Shown in pieces: positions 26,401 to 40,192 of a stretch of 64,000 nucleotides of DNA. Where the stretch lies: the NCBI GenBank assembly GCA_038087875.1, contig CM075980.1, positions 79,112,001 to 79,176,000 on the forward strand, read 5' to 3'. The notes below the pieces were generated by a model. That model saw only the letters and a list, made by a program, of their open reading frames with translations. It was not told the origin of the DNA and did not search any database. The translations under genes and the position numbers were made by a program. Within the stretch, counting starts at the first letter, position 1. Every line of letters begins with the position of its first letter. This DNA comes from Malacoraja senta (lineage: Eukaryota).

Positions 26401-29371
26401 AAAAAATAACATTTGGACCATTTTCTGTATTTGAGTCCAGTGTGTGAGCTCCTATGAATGCTTTGGTTTAGATTTTGCATTTGAATACGGGTTAGATTTG
26501 CCCATGTTTGGTGTCATAATGCATTGTTGTGCTTTCATTTCACGAATACAAAATGTAGTTAAAAGTTTGTCACCAGCTTTTGAAACTGCAAATTATCACA
26601 TTCCATTAAACCAAAATAATAAACCACTATAATTTGAGCAGTTTCTGTCAGCTGGTTCTTTCTCCCTGCATGCTTACGTTTAAAATTGTTCAGCTAAAAT
26701 GCAAATCAATTTTGTTGATATTTGTCATTCATTCTATTTTGACATACATCTTAGGGGATAAAAACTTATCCGCCTTAGCATAAAACCAAAACATCTAAAG
26801 AACATTTTGCACCTTGTTGATAATGCAATAATTATATGGCCAGAAAAATAAATGAAAAGCAAAGGTTCAATATGAGGAAACAATTCTGACATTCACTAGC
26901 CTTCTATAAAAGAGGACCAAGAAAAAAGCTATTCAAAGATGTATGTGCAAGGCTATTTATAAAACACCAGGGGATTTTCCTATGCATTTAGGTAGTGGAT
27001 TAGCCATGGCAACTGATAAATATGTTAGTGGGCAGTGTAATAGTAATTAACCTGTATTTATCTGTTGTAAAATTAATGACGTGCTTGCCTTCTGAATAGA
27101 TATTTTAACTGGTGGGATGTTCTTTGAAGTTAATTGCTATTGTTAAAAATGCTTGATTAATTGGAATTAAAACAAATAAAAAGTAATCAAGCTACTGCAA
27201 CATGAAATATTTTTAAAATCCATTAAAAGGTTCAGATGACAAGAATCATGAATACTTTTGTCACTTTACCCAGATGCAGCAAAGAATATAGAACTTCCCC
27301 CTTCCTCTTCCAGGAATACAGACTCACAGGATTACAGTTGAACAGTGGGTGGGTCTAAATGACCCTAAAAGCATGATTTGTTGTTGAATTATCATCAGTA
27401 TCTTCCAAAGAAAATTCAATATTTACACTTATCAATTCAGGCATTTTACTGCATGGGTGAGAATAATCAAGAACTGGATACCCAGGATTTTCTTAACCTC
27501 CAGGGTACAGAGTCGTTGTATTTAAAGTTACCAACTGAGGTGAACAGCTAATTAAATATGGCGTCTTTCTGCTTGGTAACAGTCACAGTTGAGCGACTGC
27601 AATGACACCCATGTAATGTCTACATCAACATCTCCTGAAGGTAAATCATGTGTTGCCATTCGTTTTATTGAAAGTGTTGTTTTTGACTGGTGACTCGACA
27701 GTGAGTATAGTAGCTGGTTTGTAACTGCCATCCCATGTTAACACAAATCATATGCAAGTTTTACCCCCTCTCCTACCACCATGGAAATAAATAACCCTCA
27801 ACCCTAAGGGACTACCTAAGAAGAAGAAGAAGAAGGAGAAAAAGAAAATAGTGGTTGTCAATAAGCTATTCAGCTACAGCAACAATTGCAAAGAAGTCTT
27901 AACTAAGGCCATGGCTTTGTAGATTTCACGGGAAAATGGATGGAATTATGGAAGTCAAACCCCAGAACATTGGCAACAATCCCAGAGTCTCATTTTTGGA
28001 TTCCCGTGCAATAAAAATAGAATTTGACATATTTGGTCACCGTAAACCACCATGCCTAATTATAAACAGATGTACTTTAAGAATGTGATCCCAAAACGTT
28101 GCTCAATATCTTGGAATTTCATGCATTAGAAGTTGAGTTAAACACCATCAGTGTAAATCAGTGGCCTTCATCCTAATTGATTCTTTTTAGACGTCCCCTC
28201 TCCAGCAAATCATCATTGGCCAGTTGAAAGGCGCATGGCTCTGACAATCCTCTTCATCTTACAGATATTTGTGCTAGTAAACAATATTAGTATTTTGGTT
28301 GTATGTCTGAAATTAGCTAGCTCAGCACAGGAGATGGATGAAATCCTACATCCCCCTGATCAGGAATGGGATCGTAAATTACAGAATCCATTAATCATCA
28401 AGACATTAAGGGGGAAAAAAATCCAGTAGATTTTTGTTCTTTAGCAGAATCAGGAATGTGAATTAAGTGTATGATGGTATTTTGACATTAAAATTACATC
28501 ATGGTGAAAGTCATTACATACATGCGATCTAAGAGTCTAGAGTCACGAGTATTTAATTGACAAATGTACCAAGAATGGAACAATGAAATTCTCATTTGCT
28601 GTAACTTTACAGGCACATTAACTCAACAACAAATAAATATCCCATAAACAATAATACAATATAATATCAGTTATATTAGGTAATCAGAGCACAAAAGTGC
28701 AAGCTGAAGTATGTAGCGTACCCTATCAAAAATCTTGTAAAGAAAGATCAGGTTCCCGAGATGAACTCTGAATAACAATTGTTCTTTTGTTTTACTGGAG
28801 TGTGTAATGGAGAGGAATCACTTTTCTTCTTTCAGGGGTTTTGTATGTTTTGTGGGACAGGAGAGAATTGACAAACTTTCAATTTTTCTTTGAAGAGTTT
28901 ATTCAAGTCGACAATGACAGTAGAGCAGTGGTAATTGATTTAAGTTGTTGCATAATAGATAAATGAATCAAATCAAAACTCTACTGAAATGAAGGATGGT
29001 GAACCATTGTGTAGAAATTTGGAGGAAAGATTCCAATCCTCAACAATGGTCATTTGTGGACAAGGTTGGGAGGGTGCAGGGCGCATACTAGAATCATAAT
29101 CAGATAGAACTGGTATGTCGATGACCCATTTGGGCTGCTTGAGATCCTCATCATCACAAAAAACAGCTTTCAGTTTGATTCAGTCCATATGATATCATGA
29201 GATGGCTGAATGCATTGGACATAGCAAATGCTGTTCTGAAGCACCTGCATCCTATATTTATGTGTTCCTTTAACCACCCACTTCCTTCACAGTGACATTA
29301 CTGGTAACTCCCCGATCACGTGGAATATTGCCCAGGTACATCCTGTTCACAAATGAGAGGATAATCCAGTT

Positions 29372-29572
29372 GTATAAGAAGGAACTGCAGATGCTAGAAT
29401 ACACCACATATAGACATAAAATGTAGGAGTAATTTGGCAGGTCAGGCATCATCTCTGAGAAAAAAAAGAATAGGTGACCTTTCGGGTCAAGGCCCGAAAA
29501 CACCACCTATTCTCTTTGTCCAGAGATGCTGCCTGATCCGCTGAGTTACTCCAGCATTTTGTGTCAATCTTC
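29372..29572. mobile_element. Fold-back Penelope-like element with 14-bp TSD
   Basis: Inverted arms meet at ttcgggtcaaggcccgaa. AGGATAATCCAGTT is duplicated at 29358-29371 and 29573-29586. Confidence 0.85.
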
Positions 29573-29594
29573 AGGATAATCCAGTTCATTGCTG

Positions 29595-30140
29595 ACCAAT
29601 TAAATTACTCCCAGTCATCGGCAAAGTTTTTTTTGACACCACTGTCTACCAGCACTTACCAATAATCTACCCACCAATTCCAGTTCGGCTTTGTTAAGGA
29701 GCATCAATTTCAGATCTAGTCTAGGTCCAAAGAACTGACTTCTGGAGATGAAGGGAGAGTGACTATCTTTGACATCAAGGCAGCATTTGATTGAGTGTAG
29801 CATCAAGGAGCCCTGGAACAATTGATGTCAGTAGACATTAAGGGAGAGTAGTCATGCTTCAGTAGTCATGCTTCACACAAAGACTAATGGTTGTGGTTCA
29901 TCAACGATCTCGTAATGTAAGAACCGGGGTGTTCTTTGGTAATTGCACCGTTTATTATTCCTTTGTTAATGATATTATCGTCACTGGATCTACATTCTGG
30001 GTCCCCCTCACGATCAGAATTGTGAGTGCATTTCATGGAAGAAGTGTAACGGTTCAAGAAGATGGCTTACCACAACCTTCTCTGGAGCAATTAGAGTGCT
30101 GATATTGCCAGTGTTACACCAATCCTGAAAAATGGATAAT
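29595..30140 (+). mobile_element. Old LINE fragments (RT motif and 3' tail)
   Basis: gacatcaaggcagcatttgat = DIKAAFD RT motif; tail ggttcaagaagatggcttaccacaaccttct. Confidence 0.6.
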
Positions 30141-30399
30141 ACAAAAAGAAAACCCAATCCACCTGTTGGCGGACTGTCAATGTTTTCTGCGCAAACAAAC
30201 GTTGGGCACTAAACACTATTTGGTAATGTTGCCAACATTTGCAGGACAAAATGAAATCAGAATCAGGAATTCTTTATCTTGCTCTTTGCTTGCGGATGGG
30301 AAGATCCTGTATTTGTGTTTAATTTTCACACACACACACACGCACATAGAATTTGTATAAATAAAGACATTTGTTTTGAACCATTTTGCTAGTGAGTTT

Positions 30400-30682
30400 T
30401 CATAGAAAAGATAGAACAGTCCAGTACAGGTATTGGCCTTTTGGCCCACAATGTCCGTATCGTATTTGGCTCCATCACCACCTTTGGCTGTGCGTTCCCG
30501 GCACCTATCATTCTTTGTAAGGAAACAACTTGTCCCGCACATCTACTTTAAACTTTGCCCCTCTTGCTTTAAAGCTGGGCCCTCTCGTCTTTGACATTTC
30601 AACTCTGGGAGAAAGATTTTGACTGACTACCCTCTTTAAGCCTCTCATCATTTTATGTACTTCTGTCAGGTCTCTCCTCAAA
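30400..30682 (-). mobile_element. CR1 LINE 3' end
   Basis: LRRDLTEVHKMMRGL..SKTRG.SFKARGAKF. Confidence 0.85.
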
Positions 30683-31394
30683 TCCTTCAGAAAAATAATT
30701 CTCGTGAGATTGTTTTTCAAAGAAGGATTTATTGTTGAATAAGGCGGGTATGTTGGTCTGTCACTATTTTTGAAATTTAACATATACTGGTGTTTCAACA
30801 CATTTCCAGCATGGATATTTGAAATTTCTGATGATACTGTAACTGAACATTCAAAAAGGAACTACAAAATTATAGTCGGGTAGTTATTTCCGAAGTAAGT
30901 TTAATTGTGAAACTTCATAAACATCTGTTTTTATTGAGTAATTCCACTGGTCCATTAGAGTTGTACTTGTGAAAACCCCTTACATATTTTTCATTGGAAT
31001 AAGAAATTCAAATTGCCATTACAGCATTGAACATCCTCAGTAGAGCTGAGAAAAAAGATTTAATAGGCTACATGTTTGTTGACTTTATATTCATGTGTAG
31101 CTGTCTGCACAAATAACTACAGCAACAATTTTTCACAAAGAGAGTACTCCTTTGTAGGAGCCTACAATTGATCATCAGAGCTTAGAATTCACAAACTGGT
31201 TTGATCATCTCAGACAATGTCTGAAATTAACCCTAATATGATATCTTAGTCACGTATCAAAAATCCATAAATCTAATAAGACATAATTTATGAACTATGC
31301 TGGCCATTTTCCATGTATTAAATATGGTGAGAATGACTATTTTATATGTACATGGTAATTATGATTGTCAGTTTTAGGTAAAATAAGAAAGAAG

Positions 31395-31795
31395 CTAATT
31401 ATCTAAATGGGGGTAGATCACAGAGCTCTGAAATGCAGATGGATCTGGATGTTTTACAAAAGACTAGTATATAGATAAATAGAAAAACCAACACAATGTT
31501 GTTATTGCAAGAAAATTTGGATATAAAGATAAGGAGGCCACGATTGTATTGATCTTCTTATTTAAGGAATTATTTTAATGCACTGGATAAGTTCAGAGAA
31601 GGTTCACTAGATGGGTGCATGGAATAGGAGAATTGTCAGATAGAATGGCGAGGCTTGTACGCACTGGAGTTTAGAAGAATAAGAGGCAACTTGATTGAAA
31701 CATAAACATCTGTGCTGGACTTGAGGGTAGATGCGGAAAACGTGGTTTTTTTGTGTGAGAAAACTAGGAGCAGCTATTTGAAAATAAGGCATCGC
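31395..31795 (+). mobile_element. Degenerate CR1 ORF2 fragment
   Basis: cagagaaggttcactag...ctggagtttagaagaataagaggcaacttgattgaaaca. Confidence 0.65.
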
Positions 31796-33599
31796 TTGGT
31801 AAATGTCACCTCAGTGAACAGAGATCATAAAATTACAAATGTTAACGTTTCTTTCCAGGTTTCATTGCATTATTTGAACAAGAACGTATAGAATACTTGA
31901 GGTCAGGCTACCTTATCTATTGAATAAAATTTAACAAAAATCAGGATTTTTACAAAAAAGCATCTTTGTTGCAAGAGTATCTTTGTTGAAAGTATTTTAG
32001 TTTTTTAAGACCACAACATAAATCTTCAAAATATGGGTCAATATGAAACTTAATGACATAAACTTGAAGTCAATGAAAGATATCAGCACATTACTGAAAA
32101 TTCATGTGAAGTGATCTTAAAACAAGCTGCCTACCATGTTGAAGATTTTTTATTTCTGATCCCTGACACTCACCAATACGAATTTTGAATTTGATCTATT
32201 GTAGTTCATTGCAATGACCTTGCAAGAATGTACGTGGACAAAAACTGTCACAACTGGACAACCTGACAAATAGATAAATGTAAGGTGCCATACTGTTTCT
32301 TGCAGGTTATTTAGGGGATAAGTAATGGTACCTGTGGAATGTTCAGAGGAGTAATTCTCCAAGCAAAAAGGTTAAAGCAACACCAGGTTCAGCAGCCTGA
32401 AATGTATGTTAAATGTAGAGAAGAGTCACATCATATAAGTTGATTGTTTAATAGAATATACTAAGCTATTGATGGTATGTAGAATCTTTTACGAGCAGCC
32501 AGAATCCCACAGGTTTGATTAAGTCAAATCTGACAAACTCACTTTTCTTCTCCATCTTTCAGCCCAGTCAAGGACATAGCAATTTTAAATCACTTGTACT
32601 GTCACAGTCCTACAGGAGCTAAAACACATGATGCAGTTATCAAGTTGAGTTTTTATGGAATCCTTTAAAAATCATCCGTGATGCGATCATCTTGCTTTAA
32701 TGCACAGCAGTTTATTTCCCGCTGGTGTCATTTTCCACTTATGGTTAGAGTACCAAAAATTTTCACGATACTGTGAAATTAAATGATTTTCGTTGTGGAA
32801 TTAATTGGCCAAAGCCATTTTTGTTTATGTAAAAAAAAAAAATTTCACCAACAATTTTTGATTTGAACAACAACTGGTGTTAATCTTCAAATGCATGAAA
32901 CTGACAGTGAAAGATCACACATTTTTCCTGTAGTGTTCTTTGTGCAATTACAGCATCAAATTGTATTTTGAGATGATTGGTTTGACTTGAAAGGCATCGA
33001 GATCTTTCTGTGAAGGGATCAAGGCATTGCAGTCATGTAAGCCTATAAATTACAGTTGGTGGTTTGGCTTAGCATATTTTCATGGTGTTCCTCTGTCCGC
33101 TAGTGCTACTCTTGGCAATATTATTGTAAACATATTTTATGCATCTGTATGACATTTCTGTCTCCGCTATTTTAATAGAGGCCATAACCAATCTCGAGTA
33201 AATAAATGAACATTTCCTCCAAATGGTGGAGAGATGTATGTCATTCTAATATTTTAAACATCTGTCCACTAATATTATCTATAGTTATTTCTGAATTATA
33301 ATCGTTCCCTTAACTACTTCCACATTAATCATTTAGCATTTAATGCTACACTTTCTGTCCACAAACCTGCCTTCCTGGTTTTGTGCAATGCTTTTAGATG
33401 TCAACATATATTGAACTTATCTATGTCGACAGTTCTGAACTATTTTGCAACTTTTCAGATATCCATTGGCAGGGTGCTAAATGAACCAACTGAATCACTT
33501 AAACTTTTTTTTAAATGTACCCGTTATTTCTTTCTCAACTGCGATTAAGCAAAAATAAGCAAATAAAATGCAGAATATAACATATTCTTGTTTATCTTA

Positions 33600-33826
33600 T
33601 GGGCATGTCCCACTTTCACGACCTAATTCACGACCTCTGCCGAGTTTGCCCTTCACTCATACTCCCAGCATGGTCGTCACGAGGTCGTAGGAGGTCGTAG
33701 GTAGGTCGTGATGCTAGTCGTAGGTACTCGTGGCATCAAGTAGGTCGGGGAATTTTTCTAGCCTGATGAAAAATGTCCACGAGTAAAAAAGGTCGTGAAT
33801 TAGGTCATTAAAGTGGGACAGGCCCT
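33600..33826. mobile_element. PIF/Harbinger-type MITE, copy 1
   Basis: ~35-bp TIRs (gggc[a/c]tgtcccacttt..gacctaattcacgacct), internal GGTCGT repeats, TTA/TGA flanks. Confidence 0.8.
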
Positions 33827-33929
33827 TGAGTATTCCGTTTTAATCTGTTCTGGAAGGTTTCCACAGCTTTCCAAAAAAGCCACACTCCACTGCCATCTTC
33901 CCATCCCTTACACATCCTGGAATGGAGAC

Positions 33930-34172
33930 GGTGTCGGAAGGAACTGCAGATGTTGGTTTAAATTGAAAATAGACACAAAATGCTGGAGTAACTCAGCGGG
34001 CCAGGCAGCATCTCTGGAGAGAAGGAATGGGTGACATTTCGGGTCGAGACCCTTCTTCAGACTGAAGAACGTTCACGTCTGAAGAAGGGTCTCGACCCGA
34101 AACTTCGCCAATTCCTTCTATCCAGAGATGCTTTCTGTACTGCTTAGTTACTCCAGCATTTTCTGCCCATCT
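33930..34172. mobile_element. Fold-back Penelope-like element, hammerhead-like cores on both strands, 13-bp TSD
   Basis: Cores at 34033-34060 (-) and 34079-34106 (+). CTGGAATGGAGAC is duplicated at 33917-33929 and 34173-34185. Confidence 0.85.
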
Positions 34173-35392
34173 CTGGAATGGAGACTGTTAGTTGAAGACA
34201 AATTCTGCATTTGGGAATAAGTAAATACCTGGGATATGACAGTAGCTGTAATAGATCTAATTATAAAATGCTCCACTCATTTTTTTAAATGAACTCAAAA
34301 CTGGGCTTGGGATACCATCAGTTCTGCCTCGGTTTGATTATCGTCTTGTTCGACTGAGGGGAGGTTAAAGGAGAGCAGATAGGAAATTGATAGAGAGCGG
34401 AGGACAAAGGAGTTGAGATGGGGATTGAACTCAAGCCAGGGACCCACACTCTCCTCAATAGTAATGGCATTTTCAGTAATCTCCTTTTGTGTGTCTACTT
34501 CTGCAGTCCTGCTGGAGCGTTGATTAATTCTTGGGAGCCTGGTTGTTCTACCTTTCCCCAGGGCTACCAAAGTCTTCTTGCTACCAAAGTGCAGGACTGC
34601 TCTGGTGTGCTTACATCTTCATATCGAGCACTGATTGGTCAAAAGTCATAAGGTCATAAGTGATAGGAGCAGAATTAGGCCATTCGGCCCATCAAGTCTA
34701 CTCCGCCATTCAATCATGCTGATCTATTTCTCCCTCCCAACCCATCTTGGTTGTAACTGAAACCTTGCCAAAACTATTTTACTTTTGAATGAATTACTAT
34801 ACTTTCCATGATGTGCCCCATCCAAATTGTCATAGTGATGGTTTGCCCCTGTTCCCCCTACCTCTCCTGCTTCTTCTGTCATCTTACTGTGTTTCATCTC
34901 TTTAAATAGTTTCATTATCCTCTTCCTTACCCTCTCTGTTTCTCTCTCGCTCTCGTTGCTCCTTGTCTCCTAAACATCTGCATTGAATGGCTTCTTCAAT
35001 CTCATCTTCAGTGGTTAATCTCCAACTGGCTTCCTTTGCCCACTGAACTGATTTCCCATCGGATCTCCCCTAACCTCTCCTGCCATATAAATGCCCCTCA
35101 CAAAGTCATGCCCATCCATTCAAAATTTCCATTCTACATGGCCTCAATATTCCACAAAACTGTCCTGAACCACTCAGTTGCAAATTTTGCCACCCATGTA
35201 CCCTTTTTTCCCTGTGAAATCCACTCATTACAACTTTCATCCCAGATATATTTACAGCAAAGCCAGTTAAAGCTGCACTTATAAAGCCAGTTAGAAATGT
35301 CCAATTCCAGTTTTTGCTACAAATTAAGTGGTGGCAGTGCCAGTGGAGCCATAACCCAACAAGAACCAATGTATCCAGGATATGTGGACAAA

Positions 35393-35641
35393 CAGCTAAC
35401 AATGGCCTGTTTCCTTTATCATCGTTACTTTTCTGCATATCTTTCATTCATTGTTCTTTATCTCTCTACATCATCATCTATATCTCTCGTTTCCCTTTCC
35501 TCTGACTAGTCTGATGAAGGGTGTCGACCCGAAACGTTACCCATTCCTACTCTCCATAGATGCTGCCTGTCCCGCTGAGTTACTCCAGCTTTTTGGGTCT
35601 ATCTTCGGTTTAAATCAGCATCTGCAGTTCCTTCCTACACA
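35393..35641 (+). mobile_element. Penelope-like terminal repeat, long single arm
   Basis: Reverse complement of the left arm of the 37463-37868 element; ends ...gcatctgcagttccttcctacaca. Confidence 0.8.
35508..35541 (+). ncRNA. Minimal type I hammerhead ribozyme motif (intact core)
   Basis: agt-CTGATGA-A-GGGT(gtcg)ACCC-GAAACGTT-acc: conserved core boxes, stem II hairpin, loop-less palindromic stem III. Confidence 0.65.
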
Positions 35642-37462
35642 TACAAGTGGACAAATGACAACAAAATAATTAGATCAAACTTTCTCAGAATTTATTTTCC
35701 AATTATATGGGCTAATATATTTGTGGACAAAACTGCGAGAGACTCACTAGTATGTGACTATCATCATTTATGAATGTGGTGGTGAAAAAGTATTTAAATT
35801 ATGAATACAGTGTAGGAAGTATACATTGACTAATATGCTGTATACTTGTTGGAGATCAGGACAATATCCTCTATTTTCAGTCAGTGATTTGAGCAAAGAG
35901 ATTTTGCTGCATACAAGTCTTGGGATTTACTATATTATACATGGCAGTTCCCTTCCCCGATTTGACATAGTACATTACAGAGTAAAATATGCCATCAGGG
36001 CAGGGCAGAGATCAACAGCAGCATATTTGTTTTTAGTTAGTGCATTTAATGTGACTGCTGCGTTCTAGTCCACAGCAAATATACAATAAAACATAGTTCA
36101 AAATGAAAAATAAGTTTGTTTATATTTCACCATGACTGATTTGTACATTTTTTTACAAAAAAAAAAGCTGGACATAAGGTTTCCAACCCAGAAGGAAATA
36201 GGCTCTGAATTTGCAATAGGCTTTTTATGAAGTAATTTCCTCCTAAATGAAATTCCAGCATGTTGCCTTAAATGACGCAAGCAATCCTTTAAACCACAAT
36301 ACTCTCAGATTTCAGTTCCCTATCAGCTTATCTCAGTTAGAGGCTGTTAGGTTATGAGAGAGCAACACAATGTTGTCTCGATTAGTGGATCAAAAATAAA
36401 TTGACCATGGTTCCCACACCTAACCATTAGGTGATGATGCCTGACTGGAAGTGTATACAGTATGTATGAATGTGGATATGTGATAGAATCTGCACCTCAT
36501 GGATGCATGGTTTGCTGTCTTTATTCAGTCTTCACACAGGAAGAATGGACTTACGAGCCAGCTCCAGGAAGATTCTTGCCATTTGTGAGATCAAACCCAT
36601 TAAGACTTTGTCCATTAAAGGGGATACAAACTAAATGTAGACTATTGATACTGCTTGGGTGATTTGAAACTACATTTTTTCATAGATGCATACAGCATCA
36701 TCAACAGTGCCTGAACCACTGCTAGTCCCAGACTGTGTGGTGGTCAATTCATTGAAGGCCAGAGTGGGTAATTGCTTGGTCCACATTTGATCCTGTTGGA
36801 CTTCTGCTACTGACATTGGTCAGTAATAAATCTGTGCACAGTAAGATGAAATTCTAAGGAGGGAGCTTATTTTTTGTGAGGATAAATTTAATAGCACTGA
36901 AATATATGTATCAGCATTATGTTACCCATTTGACCAATGCCTATTTAATCCTGAATCAGATGCACAAAATTATTTTCCATCCAATTTATCATCAATTCAA
37001 GTGTCAGTCACCATGAATCGAGCTGTTGCTTGCCTTAAGAAATGTCCACAGAACCCAATTGCATGAGTGGCTTGCACCCGTCCTTTAAAGGGGAGGTTCC
37101 TTTTGGACAGAACTTGTTGGTGGAAGTCTTTCTACGGATTTTGGCAGCTGGAGGCAATATTTATCTGCATGCAATACTCCAAATGCAGTCTGACCAAAGC
37201 CCTATAAAGCTGCATCATGAATTTGTAACTCTTATGTACAATGCCCTGATCGACGGCAAGCACACCATATGCCTTCTCTACCACTCTATCTACTTGTGTT
37301 GCAATGCTACCAATGTATCCCTGAAAGTTGCTCCTAATATTCCTACCTCCTTTATTCTACATCATCTTCTTCCTGCCTCTTTACATCCTCCTGCTCCATT
37401 AGCAAGAGCTGGATCAACATAAGTGCCTGGATGTTGATAATGCAGCAAGCTATCGTATCTGT

Positions 37463-37868
37463 GTAGGAAGGTATTGCAGATGCTGGTTTAAACCGAAGAT
37501 AGACACCAAAATGCTGGAGTAACTCAGCGGGACAGGCAGCATCTCTGGAGAGAAGGAATGGATGACGTTTCTGGTCGAGACCCTTCTTCAGACTGGTTAG
37601 TGTTAAGGGAAACGCAAAATAGGCGAGGGTGTAGAGAGATAAAGAACAATGAATAAAATATATGCAAAAAAGTAACGATGATAAAGGAAACAGGTCATTG
37701 TTAGCTTTATTCATTGTTCTTTATCTGTCTACATCCTCACCTATTTCACCTTTCCCTTCTCCCTAACCAGTCTGAAGAAGGGTCTCGACCCGAACCCTCA
37801 GACATTCCTTCTCTCCAGAGATGCTGCCTGTCCCGCTGAGTTACTCCAACTTTTTGTGTCTATCTTAG
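37463..37868. mobile_element. Long fold-back Penelope-like element with 14-bp TSD
   Basis: Cores at 37564-37591 (-) and from 37772 (+). GCTATCGTATCTGT 37449-37462 vs GCTATTGTATCTGT 37869-37882 (one CpG-type change). Confidence 0.85.
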
Positions 37869-38586
37869 GCTATTGTATCTGTTTGGATGCCTATTCTGCA
37901 TTCCACTCCTGAACATTTCCCAAGTGGCATTGCTTAAGGTAGCAATTGTATGTTCATCACCTTGCTGGTGTCAGAATAATGCTCATTATATCTGAGTTTC
38001 CTTCTTGAGTCCGTGCTTAAAGTGACTGTTGTGAGCCAAGTGCCGTGTAACTGTCTCTTACCCCTAAGAAACAGTTTGAATTGATATGGTGGCCGAAAAC
38101 TAATGGGCACGGTACATTTTCACCTGATGAAGTCCCTGTGGCTGCTTTCCAGGTTTTGGTTGTTTACCAGCATTAACTTCAGGTTATTTTTAGGTGGTGA
38201 GGTGATATTCATTTCAGTTTCTAAACACCTCGTGGTTGAGCTGGAGCCTTAACTGTGACAAAGGCATAAACAATGATAAACAATGTGAATTCTGCTGTTG
38301 TTTGTGTCCTTCCTAAATGGGACATATTGGTAATTGTGGATTTTGGGTTATCCAGCCTGTTTCTACATCAGTATCTGAGGTTTTCCTCTCAATAGGTGAT
38401 TCCTGGACTGTCCCTTCAACAATTTTGGAGCTTGCCATCTGCCTGTCCAGCCACAGACCCCAGTGTCACCTGTTTATGCAGCAGGTTCCACAAATTAAAC
38501 CAATTCTGTCCCTTGACTGAACTGCACTCAAGGATATATATATATATTTTTTAATTGCACTGACTATATGAAATACTCTGTAGATA

Positions 38587-38752
38587 TGGAGATGCAAGGA
38601 ACTGCAGATGCTGGATTCCTGAACAATAAACAGAGTGCTGGAGGAACCCAGCGAGTCAGGCAACATCAGTCTGAAGGACGATCTCGACTTGAAACGGACT
38701 GTCCATTACCTCCACAGATGCTGCCTGGTCCGCTGTTCCTCCAGTACTTTGA
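38587..38752. mobile_element. Older fold-back Penelope-like element
   Basis: aggaactgcagatgctgg left arm, degenerate core ctgaaggacgatctcgacttgaaacgg at 38671, inverted right arm. Confidence 0.65.
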
Positions 38753-39031
38753 TTTTTAACTCTGGGTATAGCATGGTGCCATATTTTAAAACCATTTAAA
38801 TGATAAGATTTGTTAATGTGGGTTAAGATGTTGTTTCCTCTGAGAAACAAATATGATGAACTGTCTTATGCAAATTACTGCAACTAATGAAAGTAACTAT
38901 TTTGTCAGTCTCAGGCACTATTTTGTCGCAACCTTTTATTGCTGATTCCGCACTTTGTGGAGGGCTCCTGTCTATGATGAGACATTCCTGTGCCGAGTCC
39001 GTGTGGTGCATTCTACGCAAGCAAAAGTAGT

Positions 39032-39386
39032 TCATAAGTTTATGTGATAGGAGCAGAATTAAGCCATTCAGCCCAAGTCTACTCCGCCATTTAATCATGA
39101 CCGATCTATCTTTCCCTCTCAACCCCATTCTTCTGCCTTCTCACCATAACCCCTGGCACCCGTACTAATCAACAATCTATCAATCTCCACTGTAAAAATA
39201 TGCATTGACTTGGCCTCCACAGCCTTCTATCACAATGAATTCCACAGATTCACCATCCTCTGACTAAATAAATTCCTCCTCATCTCCTTCCTAACGGAAC
39301 GTGCTTTTATTCTGAGGCTATGTCCTCTGGTCCCAGACTCTCCCACTAGTGGAAACATCCTCTCCACGTCCATTCTATCCAGGCCA
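39032..39386 (-). mobile_element. CR1 LINE 3' end
   Basis: Reverse complement of 20930-21280. Shorter tails of the same family lie at 22225-22292 and 34645-34745. Confidence 0.9.
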
Positions 39387-39885
39387 TGAACTTGGCTTTC
39401 CTTGAGTAGAGAGTGTCTGTCACACTCCTAATCTAACCATGCACTGCATTGAGCTCCTATCAAAAGATCCAGAGACAAATAAGAACACTCTAGCCATACT
39501 CTGTGGCTACAAGCATAACTTTAGTGCATCTCAGATCTCTTTGAGGACCTCCTTCGAGAAGCAGGGCCTCCTTAAGCATGGCGCTTCTTTTCAAGGTAAT
39601 GCAGGAGGATTGCTCTTAGAAAGTCTTCTGTCAACAGGGCCACTTGATTAGATGTTTTCTTCTTCCAACTCCTCCCTTCTGGCACGTTGCTGTGCTCTCA
39701 GGACGTTCACTTCTCTTTTCAAGCATGCTAAAAGATTACTGGTATAGCCTTCATGCCTCCAGGCTTACAGGTACTGGAGTGGGCCCAAATGAAAATATAC
39801 CTTGAACTACAGCAGTCCGTCAAGACTTCTAAAACTCCAATACTGTCAGGGGAGTGACATTCCAACGGATGCGCCATCTACCGAG

Positions 39886-40192
39886 GCGGGACAGCACAGT
39901 GGGGCAGCTGGTAGAGCTGTTGCCTCAATGTGCCAGAGACCCGAATCGGACCTCAGGTGCTGTGCATGTGGAGTTTGCACGTTCTCCCTGTGACCGCGTG
40001 GGTTTCTGGTGGTGTTCCGGTTTCCTCCCACATTTCAAAGATGTGCTGGTTTGTAGGTAAATTGGCCTATGTAAATCGCCCCCTGGTGTGTAGGGAATGG
40101 ATGAGAAAATGGGATAACATAGAACTAGTATGAATGGTTGATCAATGGTCGGCCTGGAGTCAGTGGGCCGAATGGCCTTTATCTGTGCTGCA
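39886..40192 (+). mobile_element. V-SINE, different subfamily
   Basis: Head ggacagcacagtggggcagctggtagagc, central domain, tail gtgggccgaatggcct. Confidence 0.85.

Noticed and set aside
29847-29874. 14-bp tandem duplication agtagtcatgcttc
   Set aside because: Local duplication inside a decayed LINE; no sign of function.
33930-34172. Fold-backs as pre-miRNAs or ordinary DNA-transposon MITEs
   Set aside because: They are multi-copy, with variable TSD length, unequal arms and single-arm copies, which fits Penelope-like retroelements better.
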